A DNA stretch of 64,000 bases. Origin: Selaginella moellendorffii. Lineage: Eukaryota > Plantae > Lycopodiophyta. Made by a program: the position numbers and the translations under genes. The stretch covers positions 62,001-126,000 of the forward strand of contig NW_003314364.1 of assembly GCF_000143415.4 (NCBI RefSeq), read 5' to 3'. Numbering within the stretch: the stretch's first letter is position 1; each line of letters begins with the position of its first letter. The notes under the pieces were generated by a model. That model did no database searches, had not been told where the DNA came from, and worked only from the letters and a program-made list of their open reading frames with translations. Shown in pieces: positions 44,458 through 58,657 of the stretch.

Positions 44458-47400
44458 TTCCCAGCAATCCGCCTCTATCCTTCGCTAGAACTGAGATAAA
44501 GGCTCCGATACCAAATTGTAAGCCACAAAATTTTTCCTTTCCAATTTGCCAGCTTACCTCGTTTATCCGTCCAACACTGCCTTGGCTTTTGCTAAGTTCT
44601 CTTGCCAAGGTTCTCGCCTATGGTACCAGCTCCTACTTGGTTTCAGCTACTCACTGCACGAGCAACGGAGTGTTAGCCATCCTACCACGGATTCCCAAAT
44701 CACTCTCAATCCCCCTCCCCGGGTTAGACTGGACTTAAGGTTCGGCTACACTCCCCGCAAGCACAAGCAGCCAAGCACACCAAGCTTCCAGGTTCCTAAC
44801 GTCCCTTGGTACCACAAGACTTGATCATGGGACCCTCTAAATCCCAAGTCTTGAGTGCAACACTTGCTTCGGGACGCCGGGGCGAAACACCGTGGCCTTA
44901 CGGCCCGGTATGGGTACCTCTCGCCCCCCACTTCCATCCCGAAGGAAGGCCCAAGCCCCTAGGAAGGGCGAGGACCAATGAGCCGCATGGTACTCAAGTG
45001 GGGCACCACTCCACATGAGCCGGGAGCACCGCAATCGGTTTCCCTTTCGGGAGTGGGAGCTGCTCTTGAGCACTTCCTTGGATGGCCCCTCCGGCACCAG
45101 CCAAGTCCATGCTCACTCCCACCCAAGGCCCCTTAGTCCCAGTCCCAACCTCAAGTCGGTTTGGAAGCCCAACTGGAGAGTCCCTTCAAAACTGGTTCCT
45201 GGACCTCACTATCCCTACTATACTTTTGGAACCCCCTGCAGCCCCCCCCCCCCTGGGGGACGCACGCTTTGGGCTTTCACCCCTTGACCCGTATTAGTAT
45301 TTGGACTTAGTCTTTGGCTCGATCTCGGACTCGATTTCGGATCCGACTTCGGATTCGGTCTCGGACTCGATCGCGGACTCGATCTCGGACCCGATCTCGG
45401 ACCCGACCTCGGACTCGACTTCGGACTCGGTCTCGGACCCGATTTCGGATCTCGGACTCCGTCTCGAACTCGGTCTCGAACTCGGACTCGAACTCGGTCC
45501 CCGAGTCGGTCTTGGACTCGATTCCGGACTCTATCTCGAACTCGGTCCTAGAGTCGGTCTTGGACTCGATCTTTGACTTGGTCCCATCCGATGAACTCTT
45601 TGTCATTTTGGTCATGCTTTCGGGGTTCCCTTAGCCTACGACACCTCGGCGAGTTGGTTCCTTACACCAAGCAATGAGTTGTAGGACTTGACAACTATAA
45701 GGAAACTAAGCAAGAGGTGCAAAATAACTGGTTAAACGGGTAGAAGGTAGCTACCCAAGACTTCTTAATAGCATAGGGAAGTTGGATATACCCTTACGGG
45801 GGATAAATTGCTTGTGTTGCGATAGAGTAAGTCAATGTCATAAAAGGAAATACTCATTGTCAAGGAAGCCGTCATTGGGACACCCAAACACTCTGGAACA
45901 CCAGGAGATGGTGTTTGATGTCGCGAGGGCAGTAGATAAGGCCCAAGGCACTAAGTCCCTAGCGAATGATGGATAGTAGGTGCTATCCAAATGTCCAAGG
46001 TGGCGGAGACAGGAGAAGACTGTCTACTCGAATTGGACAAAGCCAAAAATGGAATTTTGGCAAGGCTAGCAAGGGGCATGCAAAGGCCCGTAAGCAACAA
46101 CGTAATCCCGGTGTGTGGGATTATAGAGTGAGCATACCTGGATTGAGGAACCACTCCCTAGGCTATCGGGTAGGTTCGTCCCTAAGAATACTTGCTAAGG
46201 CATGATAGAAAGTGCAAAGCTATCCTCCGGGTTCGGAGGAGAATGATCGAAGGAAAGGTGTGAAGCCAAAAGCAAGAAGTAAGGGGATAGAACCGAACCA
46301 TAGGAATCGAAGGGCATAACCAAGGTTGGTTATGCCAGCTGGGAGTGGAGAATCAAGTGGGGGCTCGAGGGTGTTGCCGCTAGCAACTGTGATGCCATGG
46401 AGAGTCTAAAATATGGAATTGTCCATGTTAGACTATATGGTAATTGGAAAGCTTGCAAAAAGGGAAGCCTTAGCAAGCTAAGGGACAGAGTTCCTTCAAA
46501 GTTCCCAAAGAGGATTCTAGATAGCTTAGTACCTAGAAAGGCCAAGCGTAAATGGTTCAAGGAACGCGCGAAATTAGAGTGGCGCAGCAGAAGCGTGGTC
46601 TTGAAGCTTGCCATGAGGCAAGGCTATCAAGGTTAGGGAAATAGTTCCCGAGTGTTCAAAGAGAGGGCTTTGAACGAAAGTCGATGATCAAGGGCTTTCA
46701 CGCTTGTGCAGGAACCATGTTACAGTGATCAAAGGACTTGCCAAAGCGAGATTGGCAAGTCAGGGGAACAAATACCCTAGTTGAAGGTGATAACTTCAAA
46801 AAGGGTGGGCCATGGGGCCAAGCATGGAGGAGTCCATGCATGATCACAGGCTTGTCAAGTGAGAGGACTTGGCAGTGGGGAGGAACTAGGTTCCTAAGCT
46901 GTGATCTATAGCGCGCTTTGAGTATAAGTTGGTGCACCGGCGTGGGGAGTCACGCCAGGCATCTTGGGTGATGCCGTCCGTAGATGCATATACGGAGGTT
47001 GGGTTTGAGACCCAACCCTCTAGTGCTTGGGTTCGAGTCCCAAATCACTAGGGCGTGGTGATGGTTTGGAATATGCGGACACTCATATTTCGGTGGTCAT
47101 GGACTCTCAGTGCGGAGACTGGTTTGGGCACACCGCCAAGCGAGGGATGCCTCGGAGTCGTGATGCACGGTTAGATTGCTTAGAGTGAAAGCTCGGCATA
47201 TCTAACTTGAACGCTTTGGTGCAAAGGGCACCAAGGACGTGGTGAATGAGATGGGGACACCCAGTCTCAGTTGCTATGGATCCTTGGCCAGAAGGGCTGG
47301 CTTGGGCGCACCGCCAAGTGTGGGGGATGCCCCCGGGGTCATAGTCAACAACTTAGAAGGGTCTGGAAGACCTATTTCCTATTGATAATGGTGTGGCTTG

Positions 47401-48251
47401 GTCAAGGTGACCAAGTGGGAAGGACACCTAAGGAAATGAACTACGACCATCCAATGGTATTGTGAGTTCAAAGTAGTCTCTAGGAGAGACCCATGGGAGG
47501 GTCACAAAGTTGGGCCATGGATAGAGCCTACAGCAGAAGATGCTAAAGAGACTTACTAGGGGTGAGCACCCTAGTCTTGGCAAAGCAGAGCCTTTGCTAT
47601 GGAATCAAAAGAATACCTCAAGGAGGGAGGTAGAGATTCGGTGTTGCTCGGTGCAACAATTAACGGATAGGAGCAAAAGATGAGTGGCCAAGATGGGGCC
47701 GTGGAATCCCTTGGAAGGAATCCAAGTGGCAAAGTTAGGCGAGGAACACTAATGTGTTGGACGCTAACAAATTCCGAAAAAGGAAGTGTGTTTCCAAGGA
47801 TGAATTCCGAATTGCTCTGATTTGGCGAAAGTGGAAGCTCCAAGGGAGGGAGCGGTAAGGTAGCCAAATGATAGGGCCATGGACGGCCCTAGCACAAAGT
47901 ATGATAAATGGAACTTAGTGCCCAAGGTGGCACGAAATAGAAGAGAGGATGATGGTGCCCTCAAGTAAAGAACTTCCTAGAATGGGGAAGTGGGGTTGCA
48001 CAATATGTGCAATGCAAGGTGTTGGAGACACCTAGGAAATTTACTTCCAGAAGTCAAAGGGTAAAAGTTCCAAGGTGCAAACGTTCAATAGACGGAAATT
48101 GAGACTACTCGAGAAGGAGTAGTGGGATTGACTTAGAGAAAGGTCTCTAAGGGGTTTAGCAAGAACTAAACCAATAAAAGGAGAGAACCACTACATGTGG
48201 TCCAATCAGTCTCTAAGTTGGGGAGACTACCCTCCTTAGAGGATAGGCAAA

Positions 48252-48428
48252 GCATGGTGAGCCTTTGGTGTCAAACCATTGAAGAATATGCAAAAGGCAT
48301 GGTGAGCCTTCAATGTCAAACCATTGACGAATATGGAGAAGGCATGGTGAGCCTTCAATGTCAAACCATTGACGAATATGGAGAAGGCATGGTGAGCCTT
48401 CAATGTCAAACCATTGACAAATATTGGC
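48252..48428 (+). repeat. 45-bp tandem repeat (about 4 copies) upstream of the family C PPT
   Basis: gcatggtgagccttcaatgtcaaaccattgacgaatatggagaag. Two copies in the homologous region ~60895-60980. Confidence 0.85.
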
Positions 48429-50312
48429 TAAATGCCAAGGATGGAGATGGTAACACATGCGGGTGTTACTTTATAAGATGGTTTACCGTTCGATGAGGAC
48501 ATCGAACTTCGTCTATGGGTGGTCGAGTTGTGAGACACAAAATCCCTAGGCCCCAAAGTGGAGCCGAAAGGGTGCCATGTGGTAGTGGCTGAAGCGAGAG
48601 CCAAACGAGCGTAACACGTTTGGACCAAAAGCTCCGACTTGAAAAGTCAAGAGCGGGAGTGGAACTCCCAACGAAGTGCTCGAGGAACGAGCACGAAGCG
48701 AGCAAAAAGCAAGGCTCCAAAAAGGGACCCAAAAGGACCAATACATGACACGTGGAATTGTCCGAGATGGACTCGAGTTGGAGTCCGAAGTGGAGTCCGA
48801 GATGGACTCGATATGGAGCCCGAGATGGAGTCCGAGGTGGAGTCCGAGGTGGACCCGAGATGGACCCAAAATGGAGTCCGAGATGGACCCGATATGGAGT
48901 CCAAAGTGGAGTCCGAGGTGGAGTCCGAGATGGAGTCCGAGATGGACCCGAGATGGACCCAAAATGGAGTCCGAGATGGACCCGATATGGATTCCGAGAT
49001 GGAGTCCGAGGTGGAGTCCGAGATGGAGTCCGAGATGGACCCGAGATGGAGTCCGAGGTGGAGTCCGAGATGGACCCGAGATGGAGTCCGAGGTGGAGTC
49101 CGAGGTGGACCCGAGATGGAGTCCGAGGAGGAGTCCGAGGTGGACCCGAGATGGAGTCCGAGATGGAGTCCGAGATGGACCCAAGATGGAGTCTAAAGTC
49201 GAGACCGAGACCAAGACCGAGACCGGGACCGAGACCGAGACCGAGATCGAGACCGAGGCCGAGCCCAAGTCCGAGTCCGAGTCCGAATCCGAGTCCGAGT
49301 CCGAGTCCGGAGCCTGAGAGGGTGAACGCCCAAAGCGTTCGTCTCCCAGACCCTGGGGGGTTTGGTGAGCTCCAAAAGTATAGTAGGGGGAGGACTACAG
49401 TGGAGCCAGTTTGGCCAGGAAAGGCCAGTTCGGCCCAGGAAGGCCGGACCCAGTGTTGGGTGATGAGCTGCCCACTGGGAAGTCCAAGACTAGAGTGAAC
49501 ACAGACCGACAAGCGGGGTAGCTTGGTGAAGTGTTCAAGAGCCGGCTCTAGTTCCCCCGGGAGATCGACTAGCCGATGCTCCCAGTCCAAGTGTGGGTGG
49601 CACTACCTACTTGGATACCTGGTGTGGCTCAACGGAACCCGCTCTAAGCCCATGGCTAGAGCACCCAAGGGCAGAAGGCGAGGAGAGTACCCAGGTGGCT
49701 CGCGCAAGGCCACGGTGTTCCGAAATGTTGTCCCAAAGGCCCAGACTGTGGAAAGGAAGAGGAGCAGTCCTCTGGGGTAGTGACCAAGGACACAGTTGTG
49801 TGGTGAGGAAGTCCCAGAGGACCGTGGGACTTAGTGGTTGGGCCTGTGGGTCTCGATCCAGTGGCAGTGTTGGCAAACACGGCCAGGGGCAGAGAGGGAC
49901 TTAGTGGGGACTGACAGAGGGATATTGGGGAAGGCTATTCCCCTTGTCGGTGGGCATCCTAAGGATGCTAAGGAGTGGATCTGAGATGACCACTCACGGA
50001 TGGTTTGCCTAGTCTTGGAGAGCCAAGACTGTGATGCAAGTGGTATTGGACTACCAGTGTGGCAAAGGTGATTGGGCATGGCCTTAGCGTAATGGGCTGC
50101 TATGTCGGTGGTACCTTTGAGTGTCGGTCATGGGATCGGATTCGTGGAGCACTTGGACCAAGTGCAAATGTTGAGTGGCATGGATGCCATTCTTGGGGCT
50201 AGCAAGTCCCAAGTCCTGGATTGGACTTATGGAGGTTGTGAATGAGACTCCTCCAAGTGGTCGGAGGTGTGGTTAAGTGACTAAAGTAGAATGGAAAATT
50301 TAGTCGCTTACA

Positions 50313-53300
50313 GTGGAGACTAGAAGAGAGATGTCGGGGAAGGCTATTCCCCATATCTGCGGGCATCCTAGGGATGCTAAGGAGTGGATCGAGGATGATC
50401 ACTCACGGACGGATGACCCAGTCTTTGAGAGACGGGACTATGATGTAGGTGGTGTTAGACCACCGGTGTGACCAAGGTGAAAGGGGCATGGCCTTAGCGT
50501 AACGGGCTGATGTGTCGGTGGTGCCTTGAAGTGTCGGTCATGGGATCGGACACGTGGAGCACTTGGACGAAGTGCAAAAGTTGAGTGGCGTGGATGCCAT
50601 TCGCGAGGCTAGCAAGCCCCAAGTTCTGAATGGGACTTATGGAGGTTGTGAATGAGACTCCTCCAAGTGGTCGGAGGTGCGGTTAAGTGACTAAAGTAGA
50701 ATGGAAAAATTAGTCGCTCCATAGTCGCTTACAATTTGGTATCGGAGCTGTTCCTTAGTCCAACTTTTATTTTTGCTGAAGTATATCACCACTGGTGTTG
50801 GCAACGGAAGGTCCGAGAAGTGGGCCTATCCTTGAGGAGTAGCAGGTCGGGAAGACATGGCTCTCCATTACAGTTCATGTGTGAACTTGTAGACAAGGTG
50901 GTGGATAATAATGGAACGACTTTGGGATCTTGAGAACAGTGCAAGGTTTTCCTCATTGAGTTGAGGAGGTGATCCAGATGAGTGTTTGACGCAGCAAACG
51001 GGCTAACGTAGTTGTGATAAACAACTATAGTTGGGATCACGGGAAAGATGTAGACTCCAAAACAATAAAGGAGTCACAAGATTATCCTCATATAGCTGAG
51101 GTTGGTGCTCATGAATGTGAGACCAGAAGTAATGACCATGGGAGGTCAAATACGGAAGAGGACTTAAGTCCTTGAAATGGTAGCCGGGGCTACCTCTAAT
51201 AAATGCTGGAACAACCCAAGGAGTTGGGGGTGTATTAAGTGGATGATTTGGTATTCTCATCACATGGACAAGTAGTCCTAAGGGGCAAAGGTTGCCCCCA
51301 GAGAACAAAATCAAGTGTCGGAGTAACACTTGTGAAAATAGTCCTTCTGAGTAGGATAGGAATGCAAGAAGTGTATTCCAGTGAGCTAGTGCCTCACAAG
51401 TGGGACCTTACGGGTCTATGGATGAACCAAGTCCAAAACTACTGGGTGACTCAAGTAGAGTCAAGGAAAGGTCCTAAAAGGACTGATTGAAGCATTTGGA
51501 CTGAGGTGTGTTGTACCCCATGAAGGATGGGGGGGGATCATAGGATCCAAGGATGAGAACAGAGGGTATCTCATCGATGGCAAAATGTGCCATGCTAAAG
51601 TTATGGGAAAGGTGTTCCCAGAAGAAAACAACTTTGACACAAAGTTGTGTGTGACCTCTATGGTGCAGTGCTAACGGATGGTTGGCATGAGAAAGAGCGG
51701 TGTTGGTCTTGGCAAAGATTTAAACACGAAGGGGAAGTGTCATAGAGGTAGGCTCATGGAGCCGATGGTGTGGAGACACCAAATGTGCCAAGGTGTGATA
51801 CCTTGAGGCTATGTTGGTGGGTTCATGAGAACCCCTTGCCAAAGGAATCCCAATGGAAATGGGAATGGCATAGCCTAAGTTGCAGAGCATGCAGTTGGAG
51901 TGTGGTGACCCAGATAATGATGGAGGTGTGGAAGCACCAAGCAATGAGTTGTAAGACTTGACAACTATGAGGCAACTAAGCAAGAGGTGCAAAATAACTG
52001 GTTAAACGGGTAGAAGGTAGCTACCCAAGACTTCTTAATAGCATAGGGAAGTTGGATATACCCTTACAGGGGATAAGTTGCTTGTGTTGCGATATAGTTG
52101 TAAGCCACAAATTTTTCCTTTCCAATTTGCCAGCTTACCTCGCCTATCCGTCCAACACCGCCTTAGCTTTTGCTAAGTTCCCTTGCCAAGGTTCTCGCCT
52201 ATGGTACCAGCTCCTACTTGGTCTCAGCTACTCACTGCACGAGCAACGGAGTGTTAGCCACCATCCACGGATTCCCAAATCACTCCCAATCCCCCTCCCC
52301 GGGTTAGACTGGACTTAAGGTTCGGCTACACTCCCCGCAAGCACAAGCAGCCAAGCACACCAAGCTTCCAGGTTCCTAACATCCTTTGGTACCACAAGAC
52401 TTGATCATGGGACCCTCTAAATCCCAAGTCTTGAGTGCAACACTTGCTTCGGGACGCCGGGGCGAAACACCGTGGCCTAGCGGCCCGGTATGGGTACCTC
52501 TCGCCCCCCACTTCCATCCCGAAGGAAGGCCCAAGCCCCTAGGAAGGGCGAGGACCAATGAGCCGCATGGTACTCAAGTGGGGCACCACTCCACTTGAGC
52601 CGGGAGCACCGCAATCGGTTTCCCTTTCGGGAGTGGGAGCTGCTCTTGAGCACTTCCTTGGATGGCCCCTCCGGCACCAACCAAGTCCATGCTCACTCCC
52701 ACCCAAGGCCCCTCGGTCCCAGTCCCAACCTCAAGTCAGTTTGGGAGCCCCACTGGAGAGTCCCTTCTAAACTGGTTCCTGGACCTCACTATCCCTACTA
52801 TACTTTTGGAACCCCCTGCAGCCCCCCCCCCCCTGGGAGACGCACGCTTTGGGCTTTCACCCCTTGACCCGTATTAGTATTTGGACTTAGTCTCGGACTC
52901 GATCTCGGACCCGATCTCGGACCCGACCTCGGACTCGACCTCGGACTCGGTCTCGGACCCGATTTCGGATCTCGGACTCCGTCTCGAACTCGGTCTCGAA
53001 CTCGGACTCGAACTCGGTCCCCGAGTCGGTCTTGGACTCGATTCCGGACTCTATCTCGAACTCGGTCCTAGAGTCGGTCTTGGACTCGATCTTCGACTTG
53101 GTCCCATCCGATGAACTCTTTGTCATTTTGGTCATTCTTTCGGGGTTCCTCTAGCCTACGACACCTCGGCGAGTTGGTTCCTTACAATAGTAAGTCAATG
53201 TCATAAAAGGAAATACTCATTGTCAAGAAAGCCATCATTAGGACACCCGAACACTCTAGAACACCAGAAGGTGGTGTTTGATGTCGCGAGGGCAATGGAT

Positions 53301-53680
53301 AAGGCCCAAGGGACTAAGTCCCTAGCGAATGATGGATAGAAAGTGCTATCCAAATGTCCAAGGTTGCGGAGACAGGAGAGGACTGTCTACCCGAGTTGGA
53401 CAAAGCCAAAAATGGAATTTTGGCAAGGCTAGTGATGGGCATGTAAAGGTCCATAAGCAACAATGTAATCCCAGTGTGTGGGATTATAAGGTGAGCATAC
53501 CCGGATTGAGGAACCACTCCATGGCCTATTGGGTAGGTTCATCCCTAAGGATACTTGCTAAGGCATGATAGAAAGTGCAAAGGTATCCTCCTGGTCTGGA
53601 GGAGAATGACCGAAGGAAAGATGTGAAGCCAAAAGCAAGAAGTAAGGGGATAGAACCGAACCACAAGAATCGAAGGGCAT
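50313..53680 (+). mobile_element. Second family C element: 3' part of an LTR (50313-50733), PBS and partial interior
   Basis: Homologous to 36520-38148 and 45667-46318. Confidence 0.8.
52099..53186 (-). mobile_element. Solo LTR of family B, TSD atagt
   Basis: Homologous to 38149-39281. atagt at 52094-52098 and 53187-53191. Confidence 0.92.
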
Positions 53681-56600
53681 TGTGAGACACAAAATCCCTA
53701 GGCCCCAAAGTGGAGCTGGAAGGGTGCCACGTGGTAGTGGCCGAAGCGAAAACCAAACGAGCGTAACACGTTTGGACTAAAAGCTCCGACTTGAAAGGTC
53801 GAGAGCGGGAGTGGAACTCCCAACGAAGTGCTCGAGGAACAAGCACAAAGAGAGCAATAAGCGAGGCTTCAAAAAGGGACCCAAAAAAGACCAACACATG
53901 ACACATGGAAGTGTCCGAGATGGAGTCCGAGGCGGACCCGAGTTGGAGTCCGAGATGGACCCGAAGTGGAGTCCGAGATGGACCCGAAGTGGAGTCCGAT
54001 ATGGAGTCCGAAGTGGAGTCCGAGATGGAGTTTGAGATGGACCCGAGATGGAGTCCGAGATGGAGTCCGAGGTGGACCCGAGTTGGAGTCCGAGATGGAC
54101 CCGAAGTGGAGTCCGAGATGGACCCGAAGTGGAGTCCGAGATGGACCCCAAGTGGAGTCCGATATGGAGTCCGAAGTGGAGTCCAAGATGGAGTCCGAGA
54201 TGGACCCGAGATGGAGTCCGAGATGGAGTCCGAGATGGAGTCCGACGTGGAACCGAGTTGGAGTCCGAGATGGACCCGAAGTAGAGTCCGAGATGGACCC
54301 GAAGTGGAGTCCGATATGGAGTCCGAAGTGGAGTCCGAGATGGAGTCCGAGATGGACCCGAGATGGACCCGAGATGGAGTCCGAAGTCAAGACCAGGACC
54401 AAGACCGAGACCGGGACCGAGACCGAGACCGAGATCGGGACCGAGATCGAGGCCGAGGCCGAGGCCGAGTCCGAGTCCGAGTCCGAGTCTGAGCCGGAGT
54501 CCGAGTCCAAGTTTGAAGCCTGAGAGGGTGAAAGCCCAAAACGTTCGTCTCCCAGACCCTGGGGGGTTTGGTGAGCTCCAAAAGTATAGTAGGGGGAGGA
54601 CTGCAGTGGAGCCAGTTTGGCCAGGAAAGGCCAGTTCGGCCCAGGAAGGCCGGACCCAGTGTTGGGTGATGAGCTGCCCACTGGGAAGTCCAAGACTAGA
54701 GTGAACATGGACCGACAAGCGGGGTAGCTTGGTGAAGTGTTCAAGAGCCGGCTCTAGTTCCCCCGGGAGATCGACTGGCCGATGCTCCCAGTTCAAGTGT
54801 GGGTGGCACTACCTACTTGGACACCTGTCGTGGCTCAACGGAACCTCGCTCTAAGCCCATGGCTAGAGCACCTAAAGGCGAAAGGCGAGGAGAGTACCCA
54901 GGTGGCTCGCATAAGGCCACGGTGTTCCGAAACGTTGTCCCAAAGGCCCAGACTATGGAAAGGAAGAGGAGCAGTCCTCTGGGGTAGTGACCAAGGACAC
55001 AGTTGTGTGGTGAGGAAGTCCCAGAGGACCGTGGGACGTAATGGTCGGGCCTGTGGGCCTCGATCCAGTGGCAGTGTTGGTGAACACGGCCATGGTCGAA
55101 AAGGGACTTGGTGGGGACCGGAACAGAGATATCGGGGAAGGCTATTCCCCATGTCTGTAGGCATCCTAAGGATGTTAAGGAGTGGATCTGGGATGATCAC
55201 TCATGGACGGATGACCCAGTCTTTGAGAGACGGGATTGGAATACAGGTGGTGTTGGACCACCAGTGTGACCAAGGTAAATGGGCATGGCCTTAGCGTAAC
55301 GGGCCGATACGTCGGTGGTACCTTGGGGTGTTGATCATGGGATCGGACACGTGGAGCACTTGGACCAAGTGCTAAGGTTGGGTGGCATGGATGCCATTCT
55401 CAGGGCTAGCAAGCCCCAAGTCCTAAGTTGGACTTATGGAGGTTGTGAATGAGACTCCTCCAAGTGGTTGGAGGTGTGGTTAAGTGACTAAAGTAGAATG
55501 GAAAAATTAGTCGCTGACAACTTGGTATCGGAGCTGTTCCTTAGTCCGACTTTTATTGGTGCTCAAGTATATCACCACTGTTGTTGGCATCGGAAGGTCC
55601 GAGGAGTGGGCCTATCCTTGAGGAGTAGCAAGTCGGGAAGACATGGCTCTCCATTACAGTTCATGTGGGAACTTGTAGACAAAGTGGTGGATAGAAAAGG
55701 GCCAATAATGGAACGACTTTGGGATCTTGGGAACAGTATAAGGTTTCCTCAAAGAAATGAAGATGTGATCCAGATGAGCGTTTGACGCAGCAGACGGGCT
55801 AACATAGTTGTGGTAAACAACTATAGTTGGGATCACGGGAAAGATAGAGACTCCAAAAACAATAAAGGAGTCACAAGTTTATCCTCACGTGGTTGAGGCT
55901 GGTGCTCATGAAGGTGAGACCGGAATGGATGACCGTGAGAGGTCAAGTATGGATGAGGACACGAATCCTCGAAATGGTAGCCGGGGCTACCTCTAATAAA
56001 TGCTGGAACAACCCAAGGAGTTGGGGGTGTATTAAGTGGATGATTTGGTATTCTCATCACATGGACAAGTAGTCCTAAGGGGCATAGGTTGCCCCCAGAG
56101 AACAAAATCAAGTGTCGGAGTAACACTCGTGAAAATAGTCCTTTTGAGTAGGACAGGAATGCAAGAAGTGTATTCCAGTGAGCTAGTGCCTCACAAGTAG
56201 GACCTTACAGGTCTGTGGAGTAACCAAGTCCAAAACTGCTGGAGACTCAAGTAGAGTCAAGGAATGGTTCTAAAAGGACTGATGGAAGCATTTGGATTGA
56301 GGTGTGTTGTACCCCACGAAAGATGGGGGGGGGGGGGGGGGGATCATAGGATCCAAGGATGAGAACAGAGGGTATCTCATCGATGGTAAAATGTGCCATG
56401 CTAAAGTTATGGGAAAGGTGTTCCCAGAAGAAAACAACTTTGACACAAAGTTGTGTGTGACCTTTATGGTGCGGTGCTAACGGATGGTTGGTCTTGGCAA
56501 AGACTTAGACACAACGGGGAAGTGTCATAGAGATAGGCTCGTAGAGCCGATGGTGTGGAGACACCAAATGTGCCAAGGTGTTATACCTTGAGGCTATGTT

Positions 56601-58586
56601 GTTGGGTTCATGAGAACCCCTTGCCAAAGGAATCCCAATGGAAATGGGAATGGCATAGCCTAAGCTGCAGAGCATGCAATTGGAGTGTGGTGACCCAGAT
56701 AATGATGGAGGTGTGAAAGCACCAAGCAATTATCTATGAGGCTATGAGGCTATGAGGCTATGAGGCAACTAAGCAAGAGGTGCAAAATAACTGGTTAAAT
56801 GGGTAGAAAGTAGCTACCCAAGACTTCTTAATAGCGTAGGGAAGTCGGATATACCCTTACGGGGGATAAGTTGCTTGTGTTGCGATATAGTAAGTCAATG
56901 TCATAAAAGGAAATACTCATTGTCAAGAAAGCCATCATTAGGACACCCGAACACTCTAGAACACCAGAAGGTGGTGTTTGATGTCGCGAGGGCAATAGAT
57001 AAGGCCCAAGGGACTAAGTCCCTAGCGAATGTTGGATAGTAGGTGCTATCCAAATGTCCAAGGTGGCGGAGACAGGAGAAGACTGTCTACTCGAATTGGA
57101 CAAAGCCAAAAAATGGAATTTTGGCAAGGCTAGTGATGGGCATGCAAAGGCTCGTAAGCAACAACGTAATCCCGGTGTGTGGGATTATAGGGTGAGCATA
57201 CCTGGATTGAGGAACCACTCCCTAGGCTATCGGGTAGGTTCATCCCTAAGAATACTTGCTAAGGCATAATAGAAAGTGCAAAGCTATCCTCCGGGTCTGG
57301 AGGAGAATGACCGAAGGAAAGGTGTGAAGCCAAAAGCAAGAAGTAAGGGGATAGAACCGAACCATAGGAATCGAAGGGCATAACCAAGGTTGGTTATGCC
57401 AGCTGGGAGTGGAGAATCAAGTGGGGGTTCGAGGGTGTTGCCGCTAGCAACCATGATGCCATGGAGAGTCTAAAATATGGGATTGTCCATGTTAGGCTAT
57501 ATGGTAATTGGAAAGCTTGCAAAAAGGGGGGCCTTAACAAGCTAAGGGACAGAGTTCCTTCAAGGTTCCCAAAGAGGATTCTAGGTAGCTTAGTACCTAG
57601 AAAGGCCAAGCGTGAATGGTTCAAAGAACGCGCGAAATCAGAGTGGCGCAGCAGAAGCGTGGTCTTGAAGCTTGCCATGAGGCAAGGCTATCAAGGTTAG
57701 GGAAGTAGTTCCCGAGTGTTCAAAGAGAAGGCTTTGAACGAAAGTCGATGACCAAGGACTTTCACGCTTATGCAGGAACCATGTTACAATGGTCGGAGGA
57801 CTTGCCAAGTGAGGTTGGCAAGTCGGGGGGAACAAATACCCTAGTTGAAGGTGATAGTGGGCCATGGGGCCAAGCATGGAGGAGTCCATGCATGATCACA
57901 GGCTTGTCAAGTGAGAGGACTTGGCAGTGGGGAGGAACCAGGTTCCTAAGCTATGATCTATAGCGTGCTTTAAATATAAGTTGGTGCACCGGCGTGGGGA
58001 GTCACGCCAGGCATCTTGTGTGATGCCGTCCGTAGATGCATATACGGAGGTTGGGTTTGAGTCCCGACCCTCTAGTGCTTGGGTTCGAGTCCCAAATCAC
58101 TAGGGCGTGGTGATGGTTTGGAATATGGGGACACTCATATTTCGGTGGTCATGGACTCTCAGTGGGGAGACTGGTTTGGGCACACCGCCAAGCGAGGGAT
58201 GCCTCGGAGTCGTGATGCACGGTTAGATTGCTTAGAGTGAAAGCTCGGCATATCTAACTTGAACGCTTTGGTGCAAAGGGCACCAAGGACGTGGTGAATG
58301 AGATGGGGACACCCAGTCTCAGTTGCTATGGACCCTTGGCTGGAAGGGCTGGCTTGGGCGCACCGCCAAGTGTGGGGGATGCCCCCGGGGTCGTAGTTAA
58401 CAAGTTAAAGGTCTGGAAGACCTAGTACCTATTGGCAAACTTGTTAAGGTGCCGAGGTGAGATCACTAGGTGATCTTGTGGCTAAATAAGGACAAGGTCC
58501 TTGTTTGGGTTAAGGAATAAGGTTCCTAGTTCAAAGTGTTGATTTGAACTATTGATGATGGTGTGGCTTGGTCAAGGTGACCAAGT
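53681..58586 (+). mobile_element. Third family C element (LTR 53681-55519, PBS, interior), nested in the second
   Basis: tgtgagacac...tcgctgaca followed by the PBS; interior colinear with the other copies. Confidence 0.85.
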
Positions 58587-58618
58587 GGTTTAGGGTTTAG
58601 GGTTTAGGGTTTAGGGTT
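58587..58618 (+). repeat. (TTTAGGG)4 tract between 39-bp direct repeats
   Basis: Repeats at 58544-58582 and 58617-58655. Confidence 0.92.
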
Positions 58619-58657
58619 GAACTATTGATGATGGTGTGGCTTGGTCAAAGTGACCGA

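Larger units (their letters stand above)
38149..45666 (-). mobile_element. Full-length chromovirus (Ty3/Gypsy family B): LTRs 38149-39281 and 44517-45666, TSD ccaag
   Basis: TSD at 38144-38148 and 45667-45671. PBS-Met tggtatcggagcc next to the right LTR and PPT gggtggtggagt next to the left LTR. Confidence 0.95.
35375..50312 (+). mobile_element. Non-autonomous LTR retrotransposon (family C, LARD-like): LTRs 35375-36930 and 48529-50312
   Basis: TG...CA LTRs. PBS tggtatcagagc at ~36934-36945 and PPT gggtggtcgagt before 48529. The interior has no coding ORF and hosts chromovirus B. Confidence 0.85.

Noticed and set aside
46995-47045. tRNA genes
   Set aside because: Only T-arm-like hairpins are present, with no D arm, anticodon arm or acceptor stem.
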